Assembly: GCA_964016885.1 (NCBI GenBank)
Contig: OZ024742.1
Span: forward strand, 266,414,001-266,478,000
From: Eledone cirrhosa
Taxonomy: Eukaryota
Length of the DNA: 64,000 bases
Direction: 5' to 3'
Made by a program: the position numbers and the translations under genes. Shown here piece by piece: positions 42,246-54,969 of the stretch; position 1 is the stretch's first letter; each line of letters starts with the position of its first letter. The notes beneath the pieces were generated by a model. It did not search any database. It was not told where the DNA came from and worked only from the letters and a program-made list of their open reading frames with translations.

Positions 42246-44634
42246 TGTATGTATATGTTTGTGTGCGGGCGTGCCTATACGTCGATTGTTTGTTTGCTCT
42301 CTAAAATTCATGAATCTTCTCCCCCAGTTCAACAGATGGATGTTGTTGATGAAAACCCGATCCATTTAGTGTAAAAATTCACCTCTCTCTATATATTATT
42401 TTTTTCAGTACAGTAGCAACATCTATTCACTGCTTAAAGCCCAGACTCCGTCCCCAATTAATCAGTAAGCAAAATAAGCTCGTGCTTAGGCCCTCACTTA
42501 ATGGGGGTACCATAGCCTTTTCAGTGCTGTAAAGATATTAATCCGGCACTGCCCAGGATGCAGTATTTTCAATGACAGCACGCCAGAGATTTTAAACCTC
42601 CTGTGACAGTGAGAGTAGTGGGAGAAGTGATATCGTTCAGTAAATTTGCTGAATGAAGGCAAAGAGTGGTTGAACGGGTTATGAACTGGCTGGATGTGGC
42701 TGCAGGCCAGAGACCATAACTGAGACAGATCACCTTTCTTATTTATCAGGTTAATCCAAGATTTAACGGAGTGGACACAATTATTTTCAAGGCCTCCACA
42801 ATTAAAGGGAGGGGAGAGTGAGATAGGTACCTTTTAACTGGAGACCTAGTCCGACTGCTTGCAACAGATTGGATTCCGCTAATAGCATCAAAGGGCCAGG
42901 TAGTGCTAAACCAGTCTACCATCTAAGTATGCTAGAGCGGGATTTGAATTCAATACGCAAATATCAGGAACAAATATTCCAATGCATCGTCTGAAGCTCC
43001 AACAATTTCATGAATCCGCATTAATAGACTGAGAATTTATTTTATCAACCCCAATAGGATGAAAGGTAAATTTGACCTTCTAATGCAGTTCTAATCCAGT
43101 TCTAATTCAACAACGGTTGAATGTTTTGTTTTTCTTCATGGTCGATAAAATAAATAAAAATTAAATGCTAGGGTGAATTTAATAGCATGTTCCTTCTAAA
43201 ATATGTGGCATTGCGCTAATATTAGTATTACGTATGTAGGCGGAGGAGAAGGGACGGAACTAAAGATGTTGGCAATCTCACATAGATTGGTTACGATGAT
43301 ATTTCGGTGAGTTATATGTTTGTTGAGGAAGGATAGATTGAAATTTATCAACTCTAGTAATTTGAATACATTGTAATACTTAATGAAATATTGAAACTGT
43401 TCTTTGAAATAGAATCTCTTTGATGATGTTATCTTTGTTGTTGTTGTCGTTATGGTTGTTGTCCACAGTGTTGTTATAGTTGTTGTTGATGTGGTTTTGT
43501 CGTTGTTGTAGTTGCTATTGTTGTTGTTGTTTTTTTTCCAAAATAGCAATTCTAGTTTAAAATCCAACTTCAGAATATAACTGAAGTATTTCAACTTAAA
43601 TATTTCACCACTGCAATTAGAAACACTCCAGCGAATTTCTCTTTCTCTCCTCCATTTCGTATGCTCTTCATACATGCATACCTATATACATACTTACATA
43701 CATACACACACACACATACATACATACATAACTATATAGATACATGCATCTAAACATACGTACATACATATGCACATATATACTTACATACATACACACA
43801 CATACATGCAAGAAAACGTACATACGTCTGTACATACATTCATTCTTACAAACATGCAACAATACAATCCCAAAGAACTCACATAAGCATTAGTATTCAT
43901 ATATTTATGCATTAACTGAGTACACACATATACAGAGAGATATAATGAGGTAGCCATAGTTACTGTGAAGACAAGAAAATGTCTGACGTTATATAAAGTT
44001 GTACATACACGCCTTTTGCTCATAGTCACATACACATTCACATACACTTTCTCACACATTTACGTACTTACATACTCTCTTACGCACACACTCACGTACT
44101 CATATAGTCATAGTCACACACACACACTCATACGCCCACAGACAATCCCGCCCATATACACACTTACGTACTTGCAGTCAGTACACTTATACAGAGGCTC
44201 GCATTCTTACAGTCACACACACATGCACTCATAAACACACACTAACATAGTAACATTCATATTGAGATACACTCACACACATACACATTCACGTATGCAC
44301 AGTCATACACACATATACATACATATTCGCAGTTATAAAGACATACACCCATGCACGCGTACATGTACTCACAAACACACACACACATACATTTTCACGT
44401 ACTCACAATCACACATGCACACATACACAAAGACAAATGCTATAAAGAACTTAATCAGCAATCACAAATGCCCATGTATAAATAGTCTCTAACGGTTTAT
44501 AACAGATTTTTACGACGATACGAAACCTTAATGTTAGATTTACTTATGAGTTCTTAAACTGTGGGTTATCATCTTTGGAGATATCTTCTCTCTTCGGTCA
44601 AACTGGATATATTTCTGAATAGAATCTATCTAAT

Positions 44635-45075
44635 TATAACGGCAGGTTTACCATCAGAACTGGAAACTGCCGACCCCGGCCGTGGGGATGGTAAGCGCCC
44701 AGATAGGATAACCTTTTTCCCGATCAAAAGTGGGTGGGGGGATTAATATATGCTCGCGTCACCACATGCTGAGACACACTCTCCGCTCCAAACCTTGTTG
44801 CATCGGCCATAAACCCGAGCATTGCTGTCCGTAAGATAGAAAAGTGGAAGATATCCAAATACCGGGAATTCGCCGACCGCCTTCTTTTCGTTCTGGTCGC
44901 CGTCGAGACCTCCGGTGTCTTAGGTCCCAGGACCACCACTTTCCCCCGTCAAATTGAAAGGAGTGCCTACAGTATAAGGAAGGAACCGTGTGAGGTAGAG
45001 GGGCTGGTGCGGTGTATGTCGTTGGCGGTTCCCCGCGGAAATACTTTCGCCATCTTGTTTGCGGGGTGCAACTGG
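44635..45075 (+). pseudogene. Decayed CRE-type RLE endonuclease C-terminal fragment
   Basis: GLPSELE..GRGDGKRPDRIT, then in another frame KISKY..FVLVAVETSGVLGP. Confidence 0.7.
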
Positions 45076-46794
45076 GATATATCGCCTAGACAGGAGTGTA
45101 GAGTGTTCCCTCTCTTCTTTCCACTTATTTTCATTATTCATTTTTTTCTCTTTTCCTGTTTATCACAGAGCTGTATTCCCAGATCATTAAGAACTCATCA
45201 ATCAACCGTCATCCAAGCTGTCAAATTCCACAATATAAATTGCAGTCGACGTAAAAAAAAATATCTTTATCTATAGCGACCCGCTTGAATCGACACTTAG
45301 CTATGTTTGCCAGACGAAAATTTCATTATAATGGCTCAAGGTATAAACACTTGTTTTCTTTTCTCTATAAACAAAAAACGACCCCCTGTGCATCATACAT
45401 GTATACTACACGAATGCAAATACTGAACAGTGACTTTCTACATTACATACGTATAAATATAATATGTTGCAACCGTAAAGCATACATTCTTGCGAACTTG
45501 TAACAACATATATTCGCCAGTAATGCACTGGGTAATTGCTGGCCTTTTTGCCAAAAGTAGAAACAATATATCATGTTATCTCCACATAAACAAACTGTAA
45601 TTATTGAATATCAATCCTTGTGACTCTTAAACAGGGCCAAATTATTTCAGCTGAATGTCCTCTCTCGTGAGATATATATATATATATATATATTATATAT
45701 ACATATATATATATATATATGATAATAATGGCGCTGCAAATGGGTTACATATGAAAAAGTTTGTCCTCATCAGTGGCCATCCAACCGTCGTAGGCATTTC
45801 GTTGCATTAAAGGCCATATACCTCAGGTTGGTGCGAGCAACGGCTAAAAAAAAGTCGTTGGGACACGTAAATAAAGGGGACGCTAGGGTAAACAAACAAA
45901 ATAGTTTAAGCAGCAGATACTTCAAAATATTAATAAATATAGACATTCATGTGATCAAATATATTTTATTATACATATTTCAGAGATACTGAGCTATTTC
46001 AACAGTACGTCCTCATCAGATAAAATAAGTTGATGCCTGACATACCTTGACTATGTTGATGGTTATAATTTAGTCATGGCAGTGATTAGTTATGACAAAA
46101 CTCGATATTTTTATACCTTAAGTTGAAACATGAAAAATTACATATAATACAGAGGGTGCGTATGAGAATGTGTAAAAAGATATATAAATAATTAATAATA
46201 TATAATACATAAACTTATATAACTGTTAAAAATTTAAATAATAATAATATATTCATACCTCATTATTGTTGATAGTGGAAGTGATAGATCGAGATAGCAA
46301 ATCATGAGGAAAAAGAGAAAAAGAGAAAAAAAAAAGAAGGAGATTTGATCGTAGGAACAAGAGAAGGGAGAAATGATCAAATTATAGAGAGAGGAAAATA
46401 AGTTAAATCGTATAATCAAAGGGAGGAAGATATGTATTGTAACATGTAAATAGCGTATCATTAGATAGGGGGAAAGAATAATGCGTGACCGTTTATTTTC
46501 AAATCTTAAGTTAATTGAAAATAGTCAATTAATCAAATGACATAAGATTTTAGACTATAACATTTTAAAGGATTTATATTATTGTATTATATCTGAGTTC
46601 AAGCAAATGTAACGTGAAAGAGATAAATTTATGTCCATCTTAACTCCAAAGGTATTCACAAGTATATTTAAAAGTATATTAAAATCAAGAATATAATCAA
46701 TATATTAGTAAAAAAACAACTTATAATTAAAATGTTACTAATAAGTCATAAAGCATTATAAATGTATCTAATAAGATATTATTAAACCAGATTA

Positions 46795-46980
46795 GGGCGG
46801 TAGATTGGCAGTATCGGTGGAGGGTCGGACGCCATGCTTTCCAGCATAGTTACGTCCCTTTTACGATCTGAGTTCAAATCCCGCCGAGGTTGACTTTGCC
46901 TTTCATCCTTACGGGGTCGATAAAATAAAGTACCAGTAATGCACTGGGTAATTGCTGGCCTTGTGCCTAAAGTAGAAACA
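46795..46980 (+). mobile_element. SINE family A, full length with TSD
   Basis: 16-bp TSD ATTATTAAACCAGATT at 46778-46793 and 46981-46996. Confidence 0.93.
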
Positions 46981-47524
46981 ATTATTAAACCAGATTTATC
47001 TAGATATACACATTTATATAATTTATATATAGACTATAAATTTTAACTTAAGATTTGAAAATAAAGGGTCACGCATTATTCTTTCCCCCTATCTAATGAT
47101 ACGCTATTTACATGTTATAATACATATCTTCCTCCCTTTGATTATACGATTTAACTTATTTTCCTCTCTCTATCATTTGATCATTTCTCCCTTCTCTTGT
47201 TCCTACGATCAAATCTTTTTTTTTTTCTCTTTTTCTCTCTTTCCTCATGATTTGCTATCTCGATCTATCACTTCCACTATCAACAATAATGAGATATGAA
47301 TATATTATTATTATTTAAATTTTTAACAGTTATATAAGTTTATGTATTATATATTATTAATTATTTATATATCTTTTTACACATTCTCATACGCACCCTC
47401 TGTATTATATGTAATTTTTCATGTTTCAACTTAAGGTATATAAATATCGAGTTTTGTCATAACTAATCACTGCCATGACTAAATTATAACCATCAACATA
47501 GTCAAGGTATGTCAGGCATCAACT

Positions 47525-47590
47525 TATTTTATCTGATGAGGACGTACTGTTGAAATAGCTCAGTATCTCTGAAATATGTATAATAAAATA
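47525..47590 (+). ncRNA. Candidate hammerhead ribozyme (inverted copy about 45962-46027)
   Basis: UAUUUUAU-CUGAUGA-gGAC(guacu)GUU-GAAA-extended imperfect stem III-AUA/AUAAAAUA; 8-bp AU stem I, weak stem II. Confidence 0.5.
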
Positions 47591-47738
47591 TATTTGATCA
47601 CATGAATGTCTATATTTATTAATATTTTGAAGTAATATTAATAACTCCAGAAAACCTTACTGTAGAGTGCTTATAATCTATTGTGAAACTTTATTCATTG
47701 ATGAATTCATTGAACCATGTTAAACTTTTAATTATATA

Positions 47739-47794
<56 letters not shown>

Positions 47795-48662
47795 CTTAGG
47801 TAGTACTTTTTCACTTTTTCCTTCCTTAGACGAGAAGATTCAGTGAAGAGTAGGAAGAGCCTGTATAGATTTCGGTAGGGTGGAACTTGAGTGTGGTTAC
47901 GGGTGGGGGAATATGAGGACATACATGTAAGTGCTAAGCTGATTGTTTATGAGGCTTTATGTATGTGAAACAAACTACGCCCCTTGAAAAGAAGATTAAG
48001 ATGGGCTGTCATGTTTCACGGCTGAGCGATTTCCGGCTCCTCAAGCAGGATTTCTGTAGAGAATTAATGGACCATATGAGTTCAAACCTAGGAAGAGAGT
48101 CAAAGATTGTTTGTAGTCTGATTGTAAGGGAAATAGGAAACGGAATTGAGACATAGGAAGGGCTGGTACAAAATCCTGATCATAGCAATGGCATGACGCA
48201 CAGGTGGGACCTGAAATAGAGTCTTCTGAAATAGAGCAACTGGCATTGGAAGTCACCTTAGCGTCAGTGATAGGGAGGCACTGACCCAGTAGCAGGAAGG
48301 AGACAATAAGTGCAAATGATGGTTATACTCGGCAACAAATTGCCACACAACACACACGAATGCACATATATGCTAATGCGTGTGTGTATGTATGTGTGTT
48401 TGTGCATGTGTTTGCGCGCGTGCGTGAATGTATGCAACGATTGTTGTATCATTGTTGAATTAGCAGATGCAGAGATTAAGTAAAACGGTTTGATATATAA
48501 AATGATCTATAGACGACGAATGACTAACATTACTGTTGGTTGACCAAAATAACAGAAGAGAATAAGTAAACACCTGCGTAGCATATCACATGTTACAACA
48601 CACACACACATTCACGCTCAGATACACACATAAACAAGCACACAGACGTGCATATATATATA

Positions 48663-48737
<75 letters not shown>

Positions 48738-48738
<1 letters not shown>

Positions 48739-49217
48739 GAGTTTAGTCGGTTGGGCGCACCGACTATTCCATTTATCGTTTTCGGTGCGCCCAGCCGACT
48801 AAACTCACTCGATATGCAAATTAGGCTGCTCAGCTGTTAATATGCATAAGGAAAGTATATACTTTCAGACGTTCAACCATCTGGCAGGAAGGTATACGAT
48901 GCTGACGATAGCTAATAAGCTTGAAACTAGTACATCGTTCCTGTGTCAGTGTTGAACAAAAAGGTGACGTGGTTGCCTAAACACTGTACGGCGTAATTCG
49001 GGCTGTTTGTTTACAAACAAACAAACCGAGCATTATAATAAATGTTCGGTAAACCGATACGTGCATATATATATGTGTGCATGTATGTATATATACATAC
49101 TACTGTACGTCTGTATACATATATGTATGTACGTATACATACATACATACTTACATTTAAGTAACTGCCGTACTAAGAGTGAGAAATGAAATTTCGTTTC
49201 ATTCTATTCCATTTATA
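48738..49217 (+). mobile_element. Monomeric HHR-bearing element, same family as 29340-29977, in (TA)n
   Basis: Terminal direct repeat TATTCCATTTAT at both ends; short 5' inversion (48739-48762 vs 48781-48806). Confidence 0.85.
48896..48938 (+). ncRNA. Minimal type I hammerhead ribozyme
   Basis: ACGAUG-CUGACGA-uAGCU(aaua)AGCUu-GAAA-CUAG-UA/CAUCGU, perfect 6-bp stem I. Confidence 0.88.
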
Positions 49218-49331
49218 TATATATATATTTATTAAAATAACAGATTATTTGCTCTACGGTTCTTATATATCTGATATATATTTATCCATATCGAACCCTC
49301 TTTGGATTTTAGTCTTCAAATTTATTATTAT

Positions 49332-49370
<39 letters not shown>

Positions 49371-49816
49371 GATAAATCTACCAAAATATATGGTAGTGTC
49401 CAATCCGAATGAAGAACTCAATGTAATCCAAATATCATGAAAAGAGAAGATGTATTCAAAACTTTTTTCGATGAAAAACACAGGAAAACAGAGTCAAGAT
49501 AAATCAATAAAAACAATGAATAAAAACAAAGAAACAGTTCCTTATATTAAAAAGAGTATTTTGAATGAAAAGATTACTTTGGGGATGAAAATAGGTCAAG
49601 CCGGTGAAGGGTACACGAAAATTTGATGTTATTAAAGAATAATGGTAATTACCATTCAAAACTGAAGTCTGCATTCCTCTACCCCCAAATTAAATTTCTA
49701 CTACTACTATTCTATCAACTTGACCACTTACTACTTTTCTATTGGTCAATTCAAAACCTGTTCTCAATCAGACCTATTATATTAAATCTTTGTTGGTTTT
49801 TTTCAATAAACAAATA

Positions 49817-49954
49817 TCATTATTTCTGAAGACAGCATATATATGTGAAGGTATGTATATTCCCTCTGATAGTTTGTAAAACCTTTACATAGATCTATAG
49901 AATATACATACCAACACACATATATATATCCTAGAAACGATCGTAAAATGATGA
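49817..49954 (+). ncRNA. Type I hammerhead ribozyme with about 100-nt extended stem II
   Basis: UCAUUAUUU-CUGAAGA-long stem with GGUAUGUAUAUUC / GAAUAUACAUACC-GAAA-CGAUCG-UA/AAAUGAUGA; 9-bp stem I. Confidence 0.8.
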
Positions 49955-50008
49955 ATTTTTTAATATAAGGAACTGTTTCTTTGTTTTTATTCATTGTTTT
50001 TATTAATT

Positions 50009-50071
<63 letters not shown>

Positions 50072-50157
50072 GTATGTATGTATGTATGTATGTATGTATG
50101 TATGTATGTATGTATGTATGTATGTATGTATGTATGTATATATATATATATATATAT

Positions 50158-50251
<94 letters not shown>

Positions 50252-50356
50252 CAGATATATATACACAAATATATGGATTGATGAAGGTGAGGCTGTGTGG
50301 TTATGATAACGAGTGTCGCCTTACCTTCTAACACTATATATATATATATATATATA

Positions 50357-51195
50357 AATAAAATGGCGGGCTGTGTGGTTGCTATTAAGTAGAATGAAAA
50401 TAAATGTTACGGGTGAAAGAGGGTAATATCCATCATCAGTTGTCTGCGAGGAATCATAGGTATTTCTTCGCGTTAGAGACAACAACGTAAAGAGAGGAAA
50501 AATATCAAGTCAACGAACTTGTCTCTAACGCGAAGAAATACCTATGATTCCTAGCAGATAACTGATGATGGATATTACCCTCTTTTGCCTGTAAGTTTTA
50601 TTTTAATTATACTTAAATGCAGCCACACAGCCCGCCATTTTATTCATATAATTTTCCTTATCCGCTGTGACCCGTCTTTTCTCTCCCCTTGTTGCTATCA
50701 TCTCTCTCCCCTTCTCTCTCCTTCTCTCTTTTACTTTCGCTCACCCCCTCTGCTAGTCACCTTCTCTCTGCTAGCCTGCCACTATAACTATCTCTTTCTC
50801 GCTTTCTCTTACTTTCACTCACTCTCCCTCTGCTAGTCACCTTCTCTCTGATAACTCTCTTCCCCCTCGTCCGCCACTGTAAGCAGTCTCTTTTCTCGTT
50901 CACACTGCTACAGTGAAGACGTGTCTGTTCTCTCGTTAAACTTGCCAGGACTTATGTTCGAAAAAAGTTTGTTGACTTGATATTTATCCTCTCTTTACGT
51001 TGCTTCACTTTTCGTGTCTGTTTACGTTTTTTTTTCTCTCTCTCACCCCACTTTTTATCCCAATAACTTATTTTAGCTATTGCTCGGACTAGGCTGAGGT
51101 ATATTGTTTCTAACGCGAAGAAATACCTATGATTCCTAGCAGACAACTGATGATGGATATTACCCTCTTTCGCTCGTAACATTTACTTTCATTAT
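50357..51195. repeat. pLTR-like repeat: inverted pair plus downstream direct copy
   Basis: 50357-50482 inverted to 50519-50644; 50525-50600 repeats at 51109-51190. Confidence 0.85.
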
Positions 51196-51332
51196 ATAGT
51201 TACGTCCTTTTACGATCTGAGTTCAAATCCTGCCGAGGTTAATTTTGCCTTTCATCCTTACGGGGTCGATAAAATAAAGTACCAGTATTGTACTGGGTAA
51301 TTGCTGGCCTTGTGCCTAAAATAGAAACAATT
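51196..51332 (+). mobile_element. 5'-truncated SINE family A
   Basis: Matches 1032-1166. Confidence 0.9.
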
Positions 51333-51706
51333 ATATATATATATAAATCAGGACGGATTCAGTTTGAAACCGGTTAGAACATTACCCAACAGAGCACTCG
51401 ATTCTTGGGGTAGTAGAGTATGGTTATATTATGAGTCGGGATTCCGACAGCTGAGCTCTTGTCATTTCAACAGCTAATTCCATATATTCGTGAAAAACAT
51501 CTGTGAATTTGAGATGTACATTGTGTGTAAGCGCGAAACTAAAAATAATGTAACTGTTTAGTTTGAATGTATCGGGTGGTCTTTTTTGTTGGTATAAATA
51601 AACGTGTGTATGCGTATACACGCGCGCACACACACACGCACACGCACACACACGCACACACACACACACACACATATATATATACATATATAGATATACA
51701 AATATT

Positions 51707-51790
<84 letters not shown>

Positions 51791-51825
51791 CATATATATA
51801 TATAAATATATATATATATGTATAT

Positions 51826-51905
<80 letters not shown>

Positions 51906-52217
51906 ATATCCACACACACAAACACATACACGTGTAAATATCATGACAAGAATACGCTTATTTTTCATATAAAATCACAGTAAGGAGTGCACTCAGTAGG
52001 AAAAGCTTTTATCATATCAAACATCAAAAATATATATCTGTCAGAGGTACAGAAATAATTGAAGACTAGATTTAAGTACTTTGAAGTGAAACATTTCCTT
52101 TGGCAGGGTTGAAATTCTGCTTTTTCTTATTTTGTTTTTATAACTCGTTGAGCCCCTTCTGAAAATGCAATTATAGAAACAGTCATAATATGAACACCCA
52201 TATAAGAACTTTCCGGG

Positions 52218-52263
<46 letters not shown>

Positions 52264-52275
52264 GTTATTGTTATT

Positions 52276-54921
52276 CCTTGAATCTCAGTCATTGATGTTG
52301 GTTAACTGGAAAGTCCGTTGGATTGAATATCAAGCCACTACCTGCAGCCTCAGATATTCAGGACGTATCGGAGGGTTCTTGCCGTTCCAAGCAAGCATGC
52401 CTTTTGAAGCGTTCCAAAAAGCGTGAAGGGGCCGATTTTCTTTAACCATCCCTGGAAACCTTTGGAGATAGTCCCCAGTGCGCCTATGACAATCGGGATC
52501 ACTTTGACTTCATGGCAGTTCCAAATCCTTTTCACCTCCCACTTTAGGTCCTGGTATCGGTTAATTTTCTCCCTCTCCTTCTCTTGCACTCTCGTGTCGA
52601 ACGGGCAGGCCACATCCACAATCAGGCACGATCTTTTTTCTTTGTCCACAACCACCAGGTCAGGTCTATTGTGTTCCAGTTTTTTGTCCGTCTGTATCCT
52701 AAAATCCCACAGCACCTTCACCTGACTGTTCTCCATCACCGCCTCTGGCCTATGCTCATACCATTTCTCAGAATGTGGTAGATTGTTTACTTTGCACAGG
52801 TGCCAGTGGATCACCCTGCCCATCACATCGTGTCTCCAGCCCTTATAGTGGGTCTGGGCTAGGTGTTTACACTCGGACACAATGTGAGCCACAGTCTCCT
52901 CTCTCTCTCCACAGATCCTGCACAGTGGGCTAGCCTCCTCCTTGTAGATATGGTGCTTCAACCACTTCGTTTTGAGGGCCTGCTCCTGCGCAGCCATTAG
53001 CATTCCTTCTGTAGCCTTTTTGAGGTCTCCTCTTCTCAACCAGTTCCATGTCTGTGGATCTCTAAATTCAGTTTTCTCAAAGAAGGTACTATGAAGGGAT
53101 TTTCCCTTAAGGCTGCTCTTCCTCCTTGATGTTATTTCCTCCTTGGGTATCCCCTGGCCTACTGTCCCCTCCTTCAGTACAGCTCTGAGCATTGGCTCCT
53201 TACTATAGGTCACGTATTTGTATAGGTTGTTTTTCTCCATCTGAACACAGTCCTCTATGCTGATAAGACCTCTTCCACCCTCAGATCTCCTTAGGTAGAG
53301 TCTATCGACATCACTCCTCTTGTGGAACATGTTGTAGATAGTCAATAGCTTCCTAGTCTTCCTATCCATTTCTTTTTGTTCAGCAACATTCCATCTCAGA
53401 ATTCCCGCACTGTACCTAATAATAGACACAGCTCGGGAATTTACTGCGCTTATGGCATTTCTGCTGTTCAGATGTGACTTCAATACGCTCCTTACTCTCC
53501 GAATGTATTCAGTTCTTAACAATTCCTTCATTTTTTTGTTCTTTATGCCATCAGCCTCCAGAACGCCCAAATACTTGTATCCTTCCTCAGAGTCAATTTC
53601 CTTTATCATCTCACCTGTTGGTATCTGCATCCCGTTACTTCTGCTCAACCTACCCCTCCTCATCACAATGACTCCACATTTACCAATACCAAACTGCATA
53701 CATATATCACTGCTGAAAATACGGACAGTGTCAACAAGCACATCCAACTCCTTCTCACTTTTCCCGAAGAGCTTAAGATCGTCCATGAAGAGGAGGTGAT
53801 TGATGGTAAGCTCTCCCCTTCCCAACTTGTATCCTGCTCTCACTTTTCGCAGCATAATGGTCAAGGGCATCAGGGCAAGGACAAACAACAGAGGGGACAG
53901 GCTATCTCCCTGGAAGATACCTCTCTTGATCTTCACGCTTCCCAAGGATACTCCAGTTGATGTCAACTCTGTCTCCCAGGACCCCATACTCCTGCCCAGC
54001 AACTGTCTGATGTTATCTGCCACCCTGAAGATCTCCAGGCTTTTGGTGATCCAGGAATGAGGCACCATGTCAAATGCCTTTCTGTAGTCTATCCATCCCA
54101 TGGCAAGATCAGTGTGTCTCCTCCTGCAATTCCCCATTACCATCTTATCAATAAGCAACTGGTCCTTTGTACCACGTGACTTCTTTCGGCATCCTTTCTG
54201 TTCGTCCGGCAACAAGTTGTTTGTGTGGAGGTGATGGTAGATTTCCTCAGACACAATGCTCGTCAACAGTTTCCACATTACGGGCAGACATGTGATAGGT
54301 CTATAGTTGGTAACATCATTACCCATGATTCGGTCTTTCATTATCAGAACTGTGGTACCTTTTGTCAACCACTCTGGCACCTCACCCGACACCAAGCAGT
54401 CATTGAACATGGCCGTCAGCTTCGGGTGGAGGGATGTTAAATGTTTAATCCAATACCCCTGCACACCATCTGGGCCTGGTGATTTCCAGTTGGTTAGTTT
54501 TTTGGCTTGCCCCTTAAGAGTTTCAACTGTGATACTCAAATCAGTCTGTTGCTGTGCCTGCTCACCGATCTCCCTCTGTACTGTCTCAATCCACCCTGCC
54601 TGGGCATTGTGTCTAACATCCTGCTCCCATATTCCTCTCCAGAATGTTTTAGCTTGTTCCGCCCCAGGGATCAAGTCGGTGCCTCTTTCTTTCCCCTCAA
54701 GCTGTCCAAACAGCATCTTCTGGTTGTTGTCGAACATGCGGTTCTGTTTATACTGACTGACTCTGTTCTCGTATCGCCTGATTTTGGCACTCTTTGCTAC
54801 AATGCGTTGCTTCAATTCCTCTATGATAATATTTAGCTTTTTACTCCTAGTTTTGTATTTTATTTCCAGTCTATTTTTAGTGCCTATGTTTTTTAGTGTC
54901 CCATTCAGTAGTGACTCAAGC

Positions 54922-54922
<1 letters not shown>
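52276..54922 (-). mobile_element. 5'-truncated R4/Dong-type retrotransposon between (TAA)n tracts
   Basis: (TTA)n at 52219-52275 and 54923-54968; see CDS. Confidence 0.94.
52350..54922 (-). CDS. Uninterrupted RT-RLE polyprotein, about 857 aa, native start missing
   Basis: KSPGPDG, YRPITCL, DYRKAFDMV, QGDSLSP, FMDD, YKYLG, GGRGL, CRIC..ETVAHIVSEC, RHD, RPDLV..VDV, K..RY. The track's N-terminal poly-Ile is microsatellite. Confidence 0.92.

Positions 54923-54968
<46 letters not shown>

Positions 54969-54969
<1 letters not shown>

Larger units (their letters stand above)
45918..47634. repeat. About 600-bp inverted duplication with HHR-like motif near each outer end
   Basis: 45918-46514 is the reverse complement of 47043-47634 with scattered differences. 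Confidence 0.9.

Noticed and set aside
47960-48310. Possible LINE endonuclease remnant
   Set aside because: Similarity to ORF2 too faint to support by eye.
50519-50600. CUGAUGA in the 50-51 kb repeat as a hammerhead or SECIS
   Set aside because: All three copies have GUAA rather than GAAA downstream and I could not close stems I and III; spacing does not fit SECIS.
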